This document shows positions 24,842 to 39,330 of a DNA stretch of 64,000 nt, in pieces. A program made the translations under genes and the position numbers. A model generated the notes under the pieces. That model was not told where the DNA came from, searched no databases, and saw only the letters and a list, made by a program, of their open reading frames with translations. Source of the stretch: Eledone cirrhosa (Eukaryota). How positions within the stretch are numbered: position 1 is the first letter of the stretch; the number at the start of each line of letters is the position of its first letter. The DNA lies in contig OZ024740.1 in assembly GCA_964016885.1 (NCBI GenBank), positions 90,520,001-90,584,000 of the forward strand. The letters run 5' to 3'.

Positions 24842-25207
24842 TTTTAGTGTTCTGCCAGACCCAGGATTATTTACTTCAGTAAATATCACCGGAATCTAAC
24901 TACGAAATGTTATATAGAAAAGGATAAGATATATTTACAAAACACCATATCGAATACAAGTCTTCATTTTATTATAACTCCGTTATAATTGTGGACACAA
25001 ATATCCTCGTAAATAGTGAGGTATAGTCCAAGCCCATGATTAACATGTTTATCTTCAGTGTTGTTGGTTCGAAGGAAAGGCGCCAAAGAGAGAAAGAGAT
25101 GGCTGTGTTGCCGCTATTTATAACCTCTTTCCGGAAGTTGCAAACGAGAGTTCTAGACTTTCGACGGGAAGTAACTCTATCTACCTCCCTGTCTAGAGAG
25201 CGCTCTA
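24842..25207 (-). repeat. 3' LTR of Gypsy element
   Basis: Direct repeat of 27342-27703, with roughly 6-7% differences counted by eye; preceded by the PPT. Confidence 0.9.
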
Positions 25208-25426
25208 AGACTCCCCTCTAAGACGAGACGTCGAATGACCAAATTAAATCATTGTAGCGAGAACATGAGGAGCAAAGCAAAAGGTACAAGAACATGAATG
25301 AATAAAACATGAAGAAAAATGTAACTGGAACAATAAATAATCAAAACAGTACAAGGGAGCAAGGAAAATAGTGCTCAAAAATAAGTTTAAAATTGTTCAA
25401 AGTCAGATAAGTAATGCTACTAGAGG

Positions 25427-27290
25427 TTAAACGAATATTGTTTTTGAGAGTTTCCGTGGCCATATTACTGTCCTGCCACTTCGTGTGACATATGGTTGTG
25501 TGGTATGTGGTCTTTCCGGTGGAGGTGAAGGTGTTTGTTTGGGAGTGTATGTGCGAGATATGTCTGGCAATGATGTGAGACTTTCAGAGAAAGCCTTCTT
25601 TGCTCTGTCAACGGATATTACCTCTTTTCGACCATTGACAGCCACTGTGAGGTGTTTTGGTGTGTGCGAATGTACACGAAAAGGTGCATTGTAGGGTGAC
25701 GTAAGAGGTCCCTGGACGGAATCATTCCGTATGAAAATGTGTGTCCACGTAGATATGTCCGATGGAACAGCAGCAGAAATAGATTGGTCACGAGGGTTCA
25801 TTGGTGGAAAATCCGAGAAATACGAACGAATCCTGGTGACATATGATGCTGGGTCAAGATTTGATGAATCCACTGGTGCTAACATTTGTCCAGGAATAGA
25901 CAATGTGGTACAATAAAGAAGTTCAGCCGAAGAAAAAAACCTAAATCTGTCTTAATGGCAGAACGACAACCAAGAAGCACAATTGCCAAACATTCGGTCC
26001 AACGTTGAGGATCATGAGTAGCGCGAAGTGCAGCATTCAACTGTCTATGAAACATCTCGACCATTCCATTGGAGGCTGGATGATAGCTGGTCGTATGAAT
26101 GTGATCAGCACCCAAGTGTCGTGATATTTCACGAAATAAGGAAGCTTCAAATTGGCGTCCACGATCCGTAGTTATTTTAGTAGCAACACCAATGCGAGCA
26201 ATCCAATTGGAAATGAAAGCTCGGGCAACGGACTCTGCTGTTATGTCCACTAAGGGTATGGCTGCAAGGCCACCGAGAGAAACGATCGATACAAGTCAAT
26301 ATGTATGTGAATCCACGACTGACGGACCATGGACCAACAATATCCATGTGTATATGACGGAAACGTGAGTCTGGCGGGCTGAATTTCCCAAGAGGTGCGC
26401 CGATATGCCGATGAATCTTATAGCGCTGACACTTCAAGCAAGAACTTGCTCAACCGGTGATTAAACGACGCATATTAGGCCAGAATAATCGAGCCGTAAT
26501 AAGCTTCACCGTGGCAGCTATGCCAGGATGTGACAAGGAATAAAGTGCATCAAAAACGGTACGCTGATGACAATCTGGAACAAGTGATCTGGGTGAGCCA
26601 GTAAAATCATCGCAGATATTTTTACCTTCAGAAGATGGAAGATGTAAATATTCCGGTTTGCAGCAGGAGAACTGGTCAGAGGAAATGTCCAGCGAATCCA
26701 AAATAGGTTGTTCAATTGCAATGGCAACTAAATCGATATGTGCAGGAGACGCAAGAGAACACATAACAAGTCGAGATAATGCGTCCGCGGATATGTTGGC
26801 AGCTCCAGCTATATGATGAATGTCACTAGTGTACTGGGAGATGAAATCCAAAAGTCTCTTTGTCTTTCGAGATAATCTGTCGGACTTGGTTTGAAGAGCG
26901 AATGTGAGTGGTTTATGGTCTGTGAATACCGTGAACTCCCGACCTTCAAGAAGATGGCGGAAGTGTCTCACAGCAAGATAATCTGCTAAAAGCTCTCTGT
27001 CAAAAGTACTGTAACGTTGCTCTGCTGGATTTAGTTGGCGTGAGAAAAACGACAGTGGTTGAACTTGGTGATCGATTACATTATGCAAAACTGCGCCAAC
27101 AACACGATCAGATGCATCAACAGATAAGGAAAGTCTCGTATTTGCAACATGATGGGCAAGGAAAGAAACTTTAGCTCACTCAACCTTGAGGGATTTAAAG
27201 GACTGCAATGCATCGGCAGAAAGTGAAATAGGAGCATTTTACTTTTTCGCAGCCTTTAACGACTGTGTCAAGGGAACAACATGTCCGCAG
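25427..27290 (-). pseudogene. pol: Gypsy pol remnant: connection/RNase H + integrase, frameshifted
   Basis: VDASDRVVGAVL, PLSFFSRQL..YSTFDRELLA, FTDHKPL (RNase H); SHPG..KCQRYK (Zn finger); HMDIVGP, TTDRGRQFE, YHPASNGMVE (DDE core); SPYNAPF (GPY/F). Confidence 0.93.
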
Positions 27291-27294
27291 TTTT

Positions 27295-27341
27295 TGACTC
27301 CATATCAGAAGGCTGCATGTTCAGATCACGTCGTGTCACCA
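27295..27341 (-). other. Extended primer-binding site: 47-nt complement of the tRNA-Trp 3' half including CCA
   Basis: Plus strand TGACTCCATATCAGAAGGCTGCATGTTCAGATCACGTCGTGTCACCA resembles the metazoan tRNA-Trp(CCA) 3' part (TGACTCCAGATCAGAAGG.TGCGTGTTC.AATCACGTCGGGGTCA-CCA, recalled consensus). Confidence 0.85.
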
Positions 27342-27703
27342 CGTTAGTGTTCTGCCCGACCTAGGATTATTTACTTGAGTAAATATCATCGGAATCTAGC
27401 TACTAAATTTTATACAGAAAATGATAAGATATATTTACAAAACACCATATCGAATACATGTCTTCATTTTATTATAACTCCGTTATAATTGTTGTACACA
27501 AATATCCTCGTACACATTTAGGTATAGTCCGAGCCCATGATTAACATGTTTATCTTCAGTGTTGTCGGTTCGAAGGAAAGGCGCCAAAGAGAGAAAGAGC
27601 TGGCTGTGTTGCCGCTATTTATAACCTCTTTCCGGAAGTTGCAAAAGAGAGTTCTAGACTTTCGACGGGAAGTAATTCTAACTACTTCCCTGAGAGCGTT
27701 ACA
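27342..27703 (-). repeat. 5' LTR of Gypsy element
   Basis: Starts TGTAACGCTCTC on the minus strand and is immediately followed by the TGG of the PBS. Confidence 0.9.
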
Positions 27704-28094
27704 GGTTCAAGGTATAGATACCGGGTTGTTCATAATACAGTATATAGAGAAGAAAACAATATGTTTTAGAAGCGTGGACAACGCTGTCTTTACACCTGTT
27801 GAGAAGCGCTAACGTTATGGTATCTCCCCTTTTTATGGCGAAATATTCTCTCACTAGAGTTTGTCCAGGTGTCTATAATTATAGAAGGCTGCTCTGTGCA
27901 TTTTGATTTACTCTCTTAATTAATGTGTGTTTTCTACTCCTTTCGTAGATCTTATGTGTTTCACTATAGTGGTTCGTTATCCGCTGTAATTGAAATTATA
28001 CCTCTTTGTATTTTGTTTTCTATATGTTGTGTGTATTATGAAGAGCGCGGTATCAATACCTTGGGCTCGTGAAATTGCAGGCGTTTGACGCGAG

Positions 28095-28134
<40 letters not shown>

Positions 28135-28137
<3 letters not shown>

Positions 28138-28695
28138 CAAGGTTTAGCAAATAGAGAAAAAGTTTTAAAATAAATTTTAAAAGGTTTACTGTACTTATTA
28201 TATTTACCCTTACCGCGCCGTTTCAAGTCTCAAAATAAATGGATAATCCATGCGGAACATCATTGAGAAGGAGGATTTCGTCAGAGGGTTCTTCTCACTC
28301 GGAGAATATAAAATTCCCGCGTTCAACTCACGAACTGGCGCCATGCAGAACTCTTCCCGGATGAGAGTGTATGATAAAGAAACAATATTTTCTAGTGCCG
28401 TGTGTAAAGCTAGAAGGCAAAGGCGGAAAGGTCAATGTCCTGCCACTAGAAATAGCAGCAGTTAAAACGACCAACATTTTATCTCGATCTTAGATTAATA
28501 ATAAAAAAAGTATGTTTTCCTACGTGCAAAAAATGCATGGTGTTCCGCATGGATTATCCATTTATTTTGAGACAACGCGCGGTAAGAGTAAATATAGTAA
28601 GTACAGTAAACCTTTTAAAATTTATTTTAAAACTTTATCTCTATTAGCTAAACCTTGATTATCTATGTTCTGGCTCGTTAATTTACGCATATAAA
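28135..28695. mobile_element. Family L element with ~125-bp inverted arms (28135-28263 / 28537-28660)
   Basis: Arms are slightly diverged reverse complements; adjacent to (TA)n; contains an HHR on the minus strand. Confidence 0.78.
28206..28289 (-). ncRNA. Type-I hammerhead ribozyme (family L)
   Basis: Minus strand ACCCT-CTGACGA-(long stem II including TCTCAA/TTGAGA)-GAAAC GGCGCG GTA-AGGGT. Perfect 5-bp stem I, near-palindromic stem III. Confidence 0.75.
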
Positions 28696-28785
28696 CACAT
28701 TGGCATACGGTTGGATAATACATGGATCCCTATATGAATTTTTGCACATAGGAAAACATACTTTATTATTATTATATATGTATAA

Positions 28786-28881
<96 letters not shown>

Positions 28882-28894
28882 TATATTTAATGTA

Positions 28895-30310
<1,416 letters not shown>

Positions 30311-31505
30311 TTAACGTATAATTTGCCATATAATATATTTCCCGTCATTTCCATATGTTATTTTAAATTGAATGCAGCTGAGACAGAGTAGTATGTCCAT
30401 TGCTAATTCTTATAATGAACAAGAAATAAAATAATTTTCATTTTGTTTTGCATATTTGAAGTGGTGCATATTTTATAATATAATATATTAATGAATCATA
30501 AAGTATGTATCCATTTTACATAAGTTATGTTTTGAAGATTAGTTTGTATTCATATATGCTTCAATGTAAATGAGTTGCATATATGTTTTTCCATAATAAA
30601 ATGTGATGTTTTTGCTTGATCTAATGTTGAAAGGATACACTTACGTAAAATAGCAAAACCCGTACTTGAATGAAATTGCCAATCATAGGGCGAGGTCCAT
30701 GTAACCATACAATTATTATTACCTACACGTTCACAGAAGGAAAAAAAATGATGTTCTACATTCGAAATTCATTTACTCTTGTTTTATATATATACAAAGT
30801 ATCCGGTGGGTGAGTTGTGAGGCAAACTTGTGACGTGGTCGACTGTTTATCAGAAGGTTAGAACTGATGAAAGAAATGTGTGCATCGCGTGCAAGGTTTC
30901 AATTTTTACGTCATGGTATTAAGACAAGAGCTAATATTTATGACGAACACTTCATCATTAGCTACAACTCAGCGTTGCATAGGCAACATTTCTAGATGTC
31001 CTTGATATAGGGTCTAGGTATTTTTGCAATCTTCCTGCTGATGTACTCCACAGAATGTTCTTTATGATTCCAACTGTAACTGGAGATTGTATTGTATTAT
31101 ATTTGTCTTTAAAAAGGAAAGACACTATAGTGTTATTGAAACACTCTCTTAAGTGACGTTGTGTGAGATTACCTTATCTTATCAGTCTGAGTCTATTATG
31201 ATATAGTTTCCTTCATTCAATATAGCATATATTCTAAAGGCCCCATCCAAGTGGCATGGATCTCATTGAAGAAAATTTAAGAAAGTTGATGTTTGTTGGT
31301 TTTTATAATTTTTAGTTTGGGTATACGTCATATGTATTTGTTAGGTTATGTCTGTTAAATATATTTCTAAATATATTGTTAGCGGAGTGGTATTAGTTTC
31401 AGACGCTAGTAATGCTGTGTCTACATTCACACACATACATACATAAACACATATACGCACACACACACGTACACACATACACCAACATACCCCCCCCCCC
31501 ACATC

Positions 31506-31548
<43 letters not shown>

Positions 31549-31550
<2 letters not shown>

Positions 31551-32065
31551 TAGCAGAATTACCCTGTGTTGTCCGGTTTGCTGCTGTTCCGTTTCAGATT
31601 AGTCAACAATAAATGTGAAAATACGTTTTTCTTTTCTAATAAGTAATTCAAAATATCTATATTTTATAAAAAACAAATTCAATATTGTAATTATAATAGA
31701 ATAAAGAAATGAAAATCTGACAAGATTGTGTAATATTTTGTTGGTGTCCAAATGATTAAGTTGTTGCACACTCACACACATACACTCTCACAACATATAC
31801 TAAGACAGACACACACAAATATACATTCACGCACACCCGTCTGCCATCAGTATATGTAGAAGTGTCTGTGGGTTTAATTGTATGTGTGTGAAGATATATG
31901 TATGCAACTTACTAAGTCTCTATATATATTTAGATGTGTGTGTATGTTTAATTCTCTGAGGACTAACGTGCGAACTCATACACATTCATATACGTGACGT
32001 CATATATGTGACGGCATCTTCTTGGTTTACTATAGTTCCCAATAGAAAGGTTATTTTAGATTATA
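31549..32065 (-). mobile_element. Non-autonomous Helitron-like element
   Basis: Plus strand ACTAG-CAGAATTACCCTGTGTTGTCCGG, i.e. a minus-strand degenerate hairpin followed by CTAG/T, next to (TA)n. The 5' boundary is uncertain. Confidence 0.5.
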
Positions 32066-32082
32066 TATTATATTGTTTTAAT

Positions 32083-32552
32083 CTACTATAGGCCAGGGAT
32101 TTGGGGAGGAGAAAGCCCATTAGATCGACCCCAGTGCATAACTAGTGCTATATTTTGTCAACCACGTAAGGGTGAAAAGCAAAGCTATCACCGGGAAAAT
32201 ATTAACTCAGAACGTAAATAATATAATATTAAAAAATATTTGTTTCTAAGTTTGGCTCAATGACTGCAATTATCCCATTGCATTACTTGTGTGTAATTTG
32301 ATCGAGCCCGTAAGGAGGAAAGGAAAGCTTATCTACGGTGGGATTTGAACTCAGATCGTAAAGCGCCGTACCTCTATACTGAAAGCATACCGTCTGACCC
32401 TCTATTGATACCGCCAATCCACTGCTCTGTATTAATGATAATAGTTTTACTTTAGGCATAAGCCCAGCAATTAACCAGTGCATTACTGGTACTTTATTTT
32501 ATCGACTCCGTAAGGATGAAAGGCAAAGTAAACCTCGGCGGGATATCGAACT
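32083..32552 (-). mobile_element. Cluster of three decayed tRNA-derived SINEs
   Basis: Repeated TCGACCCC..GGATGAAAGGCAAAG..GGGATTTGAACTCAG motifs. Confidence 0.75.
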
Positions 32553-33705
32553 TAACAATTCTTGCTTGCATAAATTGGCTTTTCTTGGCTTAGCTCACAT
32601 CCTGCGACATATACTGGCTATCTGAGTGCATCAGACTTGTAGGCCATTTAGTTAACATCTCTCAGGTAAAAAACATGATTAAAATGCGACATAATAATAA
32701 TAATATAACATTAATTCGCACATAAAAATCCACTCTCTTTATCTTCTCAATAAGATTCTCTCGGTTTCAGTGCGTTAATTTCTCTATAGCTTGTATTTGT
32801 TTCCTCCATGAACAACACATATTATTAATTATAATCAGCTCCTTTATCATCATTATCATAACCATATCTTTCTCAAAATCTTGTCGAACACTATTTACCA
32901 TTATCTCTTTATCTTTATTTGTATCTCTATTAAAGATGCTCTGATAAATGAAGCAAATCCTCGGGCAATTTTATTTGTTAATATTGCTTAAATATTGACA
33001 TTTTCGTTTCCTTGTTACATTGCACTGGGTCTGTACGATTTTGAATATATTTGTATAATGAAAAGTTCAAATATTTATTGTATCTTCATATGGTATTCGT
33101 TTGCGCTAAATACCAAGCATTTCCCCCACAATTAAGTGATACATATCATAGCATTTCTGTTTATTTTCCTATTTACTCTATACAGTATATTTACCGAATG
33201 AACGAATTAAAATAGACACACATCGTCGAACAGAGAATATGAATAATGATTGTCCTGGAATTCTCTATGCTATTTATTTAGGGTTATATCCACTTTATCT
33301 GAAAAGTCTATGGTTGTAAGACTTTCAAATGCTGGCACCTTAGATGCTTAATTCCATCTTACAAAGCAGTGAAACATATTCTAACTATAATATGTTAAAA
33401 ACAGTTCAAATTATATTTTAAAAAACTGTTCAGTTGTATTTACTTAACATATTACTTTTAAACTCGCTGTCCTGCATTACCAAATATAAACATTATTAAT
33501 TCAATTCTATTAGTTGATATATATCAATATTACTTTTTGAAAAATAAGGTATAATAGTTATTTTAACTTATATTCAATTGATTTGTATAATACATGCCAC
33601 AAGATAAAATTATTAAAGTCACACATACAAACGCACACACACACACTCTCTTTCACACACACACATACACGCAAAACACACACAAACTCACACACACATA
33701 TATAT

Positions 33706-34045
33706 ATGCTTTTTGTGAAAATCAGTCATATGGAACTATTGTCATCTTGCCTGACGGTTTGAACTTTACAACACCACCTGCCTCTTTGAGGTCAAATACC
33801 AACCCTACTACCATCTACAAACTGACCAATGAGAGTCAGGACTATTCCTGCTGACAACATTAAATTATCCCTAACATGTTCATGTGTCCCTAGGCTCTGA
33901 TACGATCAACACTATAAACACAGAGCTGGCATATCTAAGAACTGACTAACTGCCTGATGAGGTTATAGCTATTCAATGGCTATCATCGAAATATATATAG
34001 CAGTAAATAAAGGGTTATGAGTTCATGCAATTGACTTATGTTTCG

Positions 34046-34050
<5 letters not shown>
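33706..34050 (+). mobile_element. Family H ~345-bp HHR element
   Basis: Copy of 14403-14746, with TA on both sides. Confidence 0.85.
33949..34004 (+). ncRNA. Type-I hammerhead ribozyme (family H)
   Basis: ACTGC-CTGATGA-..ATAGCTAT tca ATGGCTAT..c-GAAA-TATATA-TA-GCAGT; perfect 5-bp stem I, AUA site, then AATAAA. Confidence 0.85.
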
Positions 34051-34084
<34 letters not shown>

Positions 34085-34085
<1 letters not shown>

Positions 34086-34282
34086 AAGAAAAATCAGAAT
34101 GCATGCAGTAGAAACCTGTTAAACAATTACTCACCAGAGCACTCGATACTTGGGATAGAAGAGTGCTGCAATATGAATGATTCCGACCCCGGCGGTTGGT
34201 GTCCTGCCGTTTCAACTACTTTTTCCGAGTTAACTATTGATGAAACGGCAGGATCTCAGCCGTCGGGATCCCGAATTCTTCA
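34085..34282. mobile_element. Diverged family N relative with inverted HHR halves
   Basis: GACCCCGGCGGTTGGTGTCCTGCCGTTTCA (inverted) and GAAACGGCAGGATCTCAGCCGTCGGGA (ACGGC/GCCGT stem III + GUC). Confidence 0.55.
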
Positions 34283-34292
34283 TATATATATA

Positions 34293-34378
34293 TCCACCAA
34301 CACCCCACTCTCCAGAGCGTGAAATTAATAAACATTCGTTGTACTGCCTCTCTATTTTGTTCCTGTTCAAATGTTTCC

Positions 34379-34383
<5 letters not shown>
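34293..34383 (+). repeat. Family J 3' fragment (downstream of the HHR cleavage site)
   Basis: Reverse complement of ~15676-15764; flanked by (TA)n. Confidence 0.8.
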
Positions 34384-34409
<26 letters not shown>

Positions 34410-34414
<5 letters not shown>

Positions 34415-34806
34415 TGAAGCTGACGGCCGTATCCTTGTAACAAACTTTCGCTCAACAGCCGGACCAAACGGCACCAAATTTGCAGCTTAGATGTAACTTT
34501 TTCAAGGAAGAAAGTGAGGGTATTTTTGTACTAAATTTGTACTAAATTTCGTTAAATGATTAAAGATATTTTATTATTTATTTAAATATTCACATCTTTA
34601 AAATGTTCAAATGTCAACATTTTCGGTTGCGATCGCTAATACAACATTCCTCTCTCTTTCTTAGTTAACGAAATAAATACAGTGCTTTTGTAGTTCTGTT
34701 TTCCAATGTATTGTTTGTTTGTGTATGTAAAAACATATATACGCGAATATATAATTATATATATATATATCGAACCCACGATATTATGATCGTAGGTCCA
34801 GCAGTC
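34410..34806 (+). mobile_element. Possible non-autonomous Helitron-like element
   Basis: Starts in (TA)n; subterminal hairpin ACCCACGA..TCGTAGGT followed by GCAGT (a degenerate CTAG/T). Confidence 0.3.
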
Positions 34807-34828
34807 TTAACATTAGGCCACGTGACTC

Positions 34829-34879
<51 letters not shown>

Positions 34880-34880
34880 T

Positions 34881-35665
<785 letters not shown>

Positions 35666-35823
35666 GTGTGTGTGTTAGGTAATTCAGGAGGAAAAGCAAA
35701 GGACAAATGAGTGCTCTATGTATAGAACAGAGTTATTTAATTATATTTATATATATGAAGAAAACCCATCGCGAGAACACCGAAATGCTGTCAATAACGG
35801 CGTTGTGAACAGTAAGAAGGAAA

Positions 35824-36290
35824 TAATTGTTTCTATTTTAAGCACAAACCAGCAAATGGCCCAGTACATTACTGGTATTTTATTTTATCGACCCTGTAAG
35901 GATGAAAGGCAAAGTTAACCTCAGCGGGATTTAACTCAGAATGGCAAAGGCCGTAACTCTATTCGTCAAAGAATGGCGTCCGACCCTCTACCGATACTGC
36001 CAATCACTGTAAGAAGGAAATCATCGTTTCTACTGTTGGCACTAGGCCAGCAAATTTACCAGTGTATTACTGGTACTTTATTTTATCGACCCCGTAATGA
36101 TGAAAAGCAAAGTTAACCTCGGCGTGATTTGAAATCATAATGGAAAAGGCCGTAACTCTTTGCGTCAAAGCATGCCGTCCAACCCTATACCGATACTGCC
36201 AATCCAACGCCTTTAGAAGAGCCATAACTCTATTCGTCAAAGCATGGCGTCCGACCCTCTACCGATACTGCCAATTCACTGTAAGAAGGA
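35824..36290 (-). mobile_element. Tandem tRNA-derived SINE copies
   Basis: Two full units (~35824-36010, ~36025-36212) and a partial head; B-box and A-box on the minus strand. Confidence 0.85.
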
Positions 36291-38344
36291 AATAATAAAA
36301 TGTGCAAGACAAGTTCACACACTAGTATTTGTTCTTGGAGGTATTTGGCGGTTTTAACGGCTGTTCTAGTGATGAGTTATATTTATATGAATTTCAATCA
36401 TTCTTGCTTCGCCTTGATTAGGCACAATACTTTTTATATATAATGGGATGCAAAACCCTATTAAATATGTGTTACATGAAATACAAAAGATCACTCTACA
36501 TGTTAAACTATTCAGTATGAAACATTATTTTCGGAACCTACTTTCTGAAGATTGCTACAAAGCGTGTTGTATTTTGAACCAAATATAATTCCTTTGAACT
36601 TGAGTAATTATATGTCTAATCTTTTCTAGAAATATAACAAGATCAAGTTTAGTTAATATTACTGCATTCAAAATTTGTATACATTTGGCATGGTACACAA
36701 CTACTATTCTGAATACAAATAAGAGATAATTTGTGCACATGTGGATAGATGTCATGCCATATATATATTAACTGGTGTTTGACGAGTATATTTGATTTGC
36801 AATCAATTGTCGCTGAATTGTAAACACTTATGCCACATTGAATAAGTAATCGAAGTGTTGTTCGGTAATTTAAAGTGTTTTGTCAATTCTGGAATATATT
36901 GGCTTGAAAGAGTAATTTGATAAACATGATGTAATTGTAAAATACATCAAACACATTAAACATATGCATTTACATCTACTCCTGTTTATAGATAATACTA
37001 TATATATGTTATATTAAATAATGCACTATTATTGCTGATACACATTGATTTATTATTTATATTTATATATATTTATATATAATATTCGTTCATTATGCAA
37101 ACTACTTTGTAATTTCTCCTTTTCTATTTTGCTGGCATTTTCATATTGTTTATTATAAAACCAAACAAGTATATTGATGAAACAAATGATTATTGAATTA
37201 GAACAACATAGTTATAATCATAAATTAATGATACATTACATTTCATGCATGATATTCTCTTCCATCTTGCATTTCGTAGAATACAAAAAAACGTCTGCTG
37301 AGAATTGAATTATACTTTTAGTTTTATATGTTCGATTTATTAACCTTTCGATTTCTAATCTAGAAAAAATCGTTGAAAGAAATATCAAATATTTGTTATA
37401 AAACAGTTTATGTTTAACTATACATTTTAGAGGAAAGTTACTATATATAACTGAAACTTTCTTTGAGATTACGTGTAAGACAGATCTTCTAAATTTGCGA
37501 TCATCTGTGGTATTAATAGTTTCCTGATTAATTTCTTGGAAAATGTTACATATGCCTACGTGAAAATTAATTCAATATCGAAAGGAAATTGGATTTAATA
37601 AGATAACATTAGAAAGAATGTTCAAATTTAGAAGGTTCTTAGACATAACTGTTATTATATATTGTCTAGTCAATTTAATTTGAAGTGAGTCGAAATTCAT
37701 AAGTGTAACTGTGGAAGTCTCTATGAAGACATCAGCTGTCGACAATCAGTGAAGTGTTGCATGAATACATTTTAGCTGTTCGTGTCTTATTAATACATTC
37801 TTGATGAGTAAACAACGTAAATCAATTCAGATATTACAGAGATGTTTCGTAGTATATGTAACTTTCGAAAATTGTTTTCTGTGAAATTCTACACTTGTCG
37901 ATTATCACAAGTTGAGTGTGAATAATACACTTCCATACAAAACAATTCTTAAAGAAGGTCGTCATTTCAATTTCAGAGATATAGATCAATATACTACACG
38001 TGTCAGTGTGCGATAATATTATGTGCAGCATAGAACAATATTTCTCCATATATAATTCAACTTTGCATAAATCATAGAATCCATCTGCCAAAACACGCCA
38101 GCATGTAGTTCTTAATAAATTGAACGAACATATGTACTTTGCATTTTCAGCTAAGTCTCCTTAAAATTCATAACCTACTTAGTAAAGACTAAACTTTATA
38201 TCTTGCCAAACAGATACGCCTGGACGATAACAATAATATGTGTGTTTTTCTCTATATTTCTGTGCATGTCGGTGTGTGTGCACGAGCCGTATGTGTGTGA
38301 GTGTGCTCGCGCGCGTATGAATATATTTACAGATAGATAAATAA

Positions 38345-39330
38345 AACCCCTATTATTTTCCTGCATCCTGCATTGAAACTTTAATCGGAACCATGTGTAA
38401 TCGTATTCCTTCGATCATAACCCAAGTTTCATGACAACCGTTAATGATTGGTACGTATACCGCATAGAAATATAGCGAATTTGGAATTTAAACCTACTTC
38501 CCTTCATCTGATTATTGAATGCCGAAACTGGCACATGGCTGCACCAGCTCCTACAATGTTTGCACTTGGTTCAGCATCCTGCCTTCCGCCATTCCCATTT
38601 AGAGAGTACTGCACAGGCCTGTTTGAGGGAACAAGTGTCTCAGGTTTCACATCACTGACTTTCATTCCAGCAATGCAGCACTCTGCATCAAACCTGTCTA
38701 GCGGGAGTCGGAGGTCCCTATCCGTCGTGTTACGTAACAACATGTCGACTGCAAATTTCATTCAGGCCGATTGATTTTACACCCGCCAGTCGTGGTATCA
38801 CTTCCAGCCCGGTAGCGCATCTGAATCCTGTTCATGAAAATAATGGACGTGAGAGGTAAAAGTATGCACCCTTAGCGGAGTCCGAATCCCATGTTAAGTC
38901 CACAGGAACGCTGTCACATCCCTTCTTGAGATGTACAAAACAAGAATATACTTTAAGGCAACATTGCCACCGTATACCGAAGACCTGCCGCAATGTGAAT
39001 ATTTGGTCGTCTGTGCTGCCGGGAGAACACGTCACTGTTCATAAACTAGCTTGGACTCGTCAATCTTCCTGAATCTCTTCGACATACACTTAGCTTAGAC
39101 TATACCGGGGAGGCTTAACATGTTGATCCCTCTGTAATCACCCCTGACAGGCATAAGCTTGCCAAAGAATATTTCTCTATTTAAAAACTTTAACATCTCG
39201 GACCAGATTTCATGTTCCCCAGGGGCCTTCTAATAGGTATGTTCTTTAACTGCTCTTGTTACCTCAGCCTCTGAGAGATTAGTCACTGCTCCCAGATGCA
39301 CCTCATGTACATCAGATGAACACGAGTGAC
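38345..39330 (-). mobile_element. Decayed RTE-clade LINE RT fragment
   Basis: KAPGEHEI..EMLK; DYRGINMLSLPG; STDDQIFTLRQV..YSCFVHLKKGCDSVP; FAVDMLL..LDRFDAECCIAGMKVS. Confidence 0.8.

Larger units (their letters stand above)
24842..27703 (-). mobile_element. Internally deleted Ty3/Gypsy LTR retrotransposon
   Basis: Two ~360-bp LTRs; 5' LTR begins TGTAAC at 27703; tRNA-Trp PBS; PPT AGAGGGGAG (minus strand, 25211-25219); RNase H then integrase order; gag, protease and RT are missing. Confidence 0.93.

Noticed and set aside
27295-27341. tRNA-Trp gene
   Set aside because: The 5' half and A-box are missing and CCA is encoded, so it is a reverse-transcribed primer copy at the PBS.
30780-31020. CpG-richer patch with a TGACGT motif, as a promoter or exon
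   Set aside because: No ORF, splice pattern or other support.
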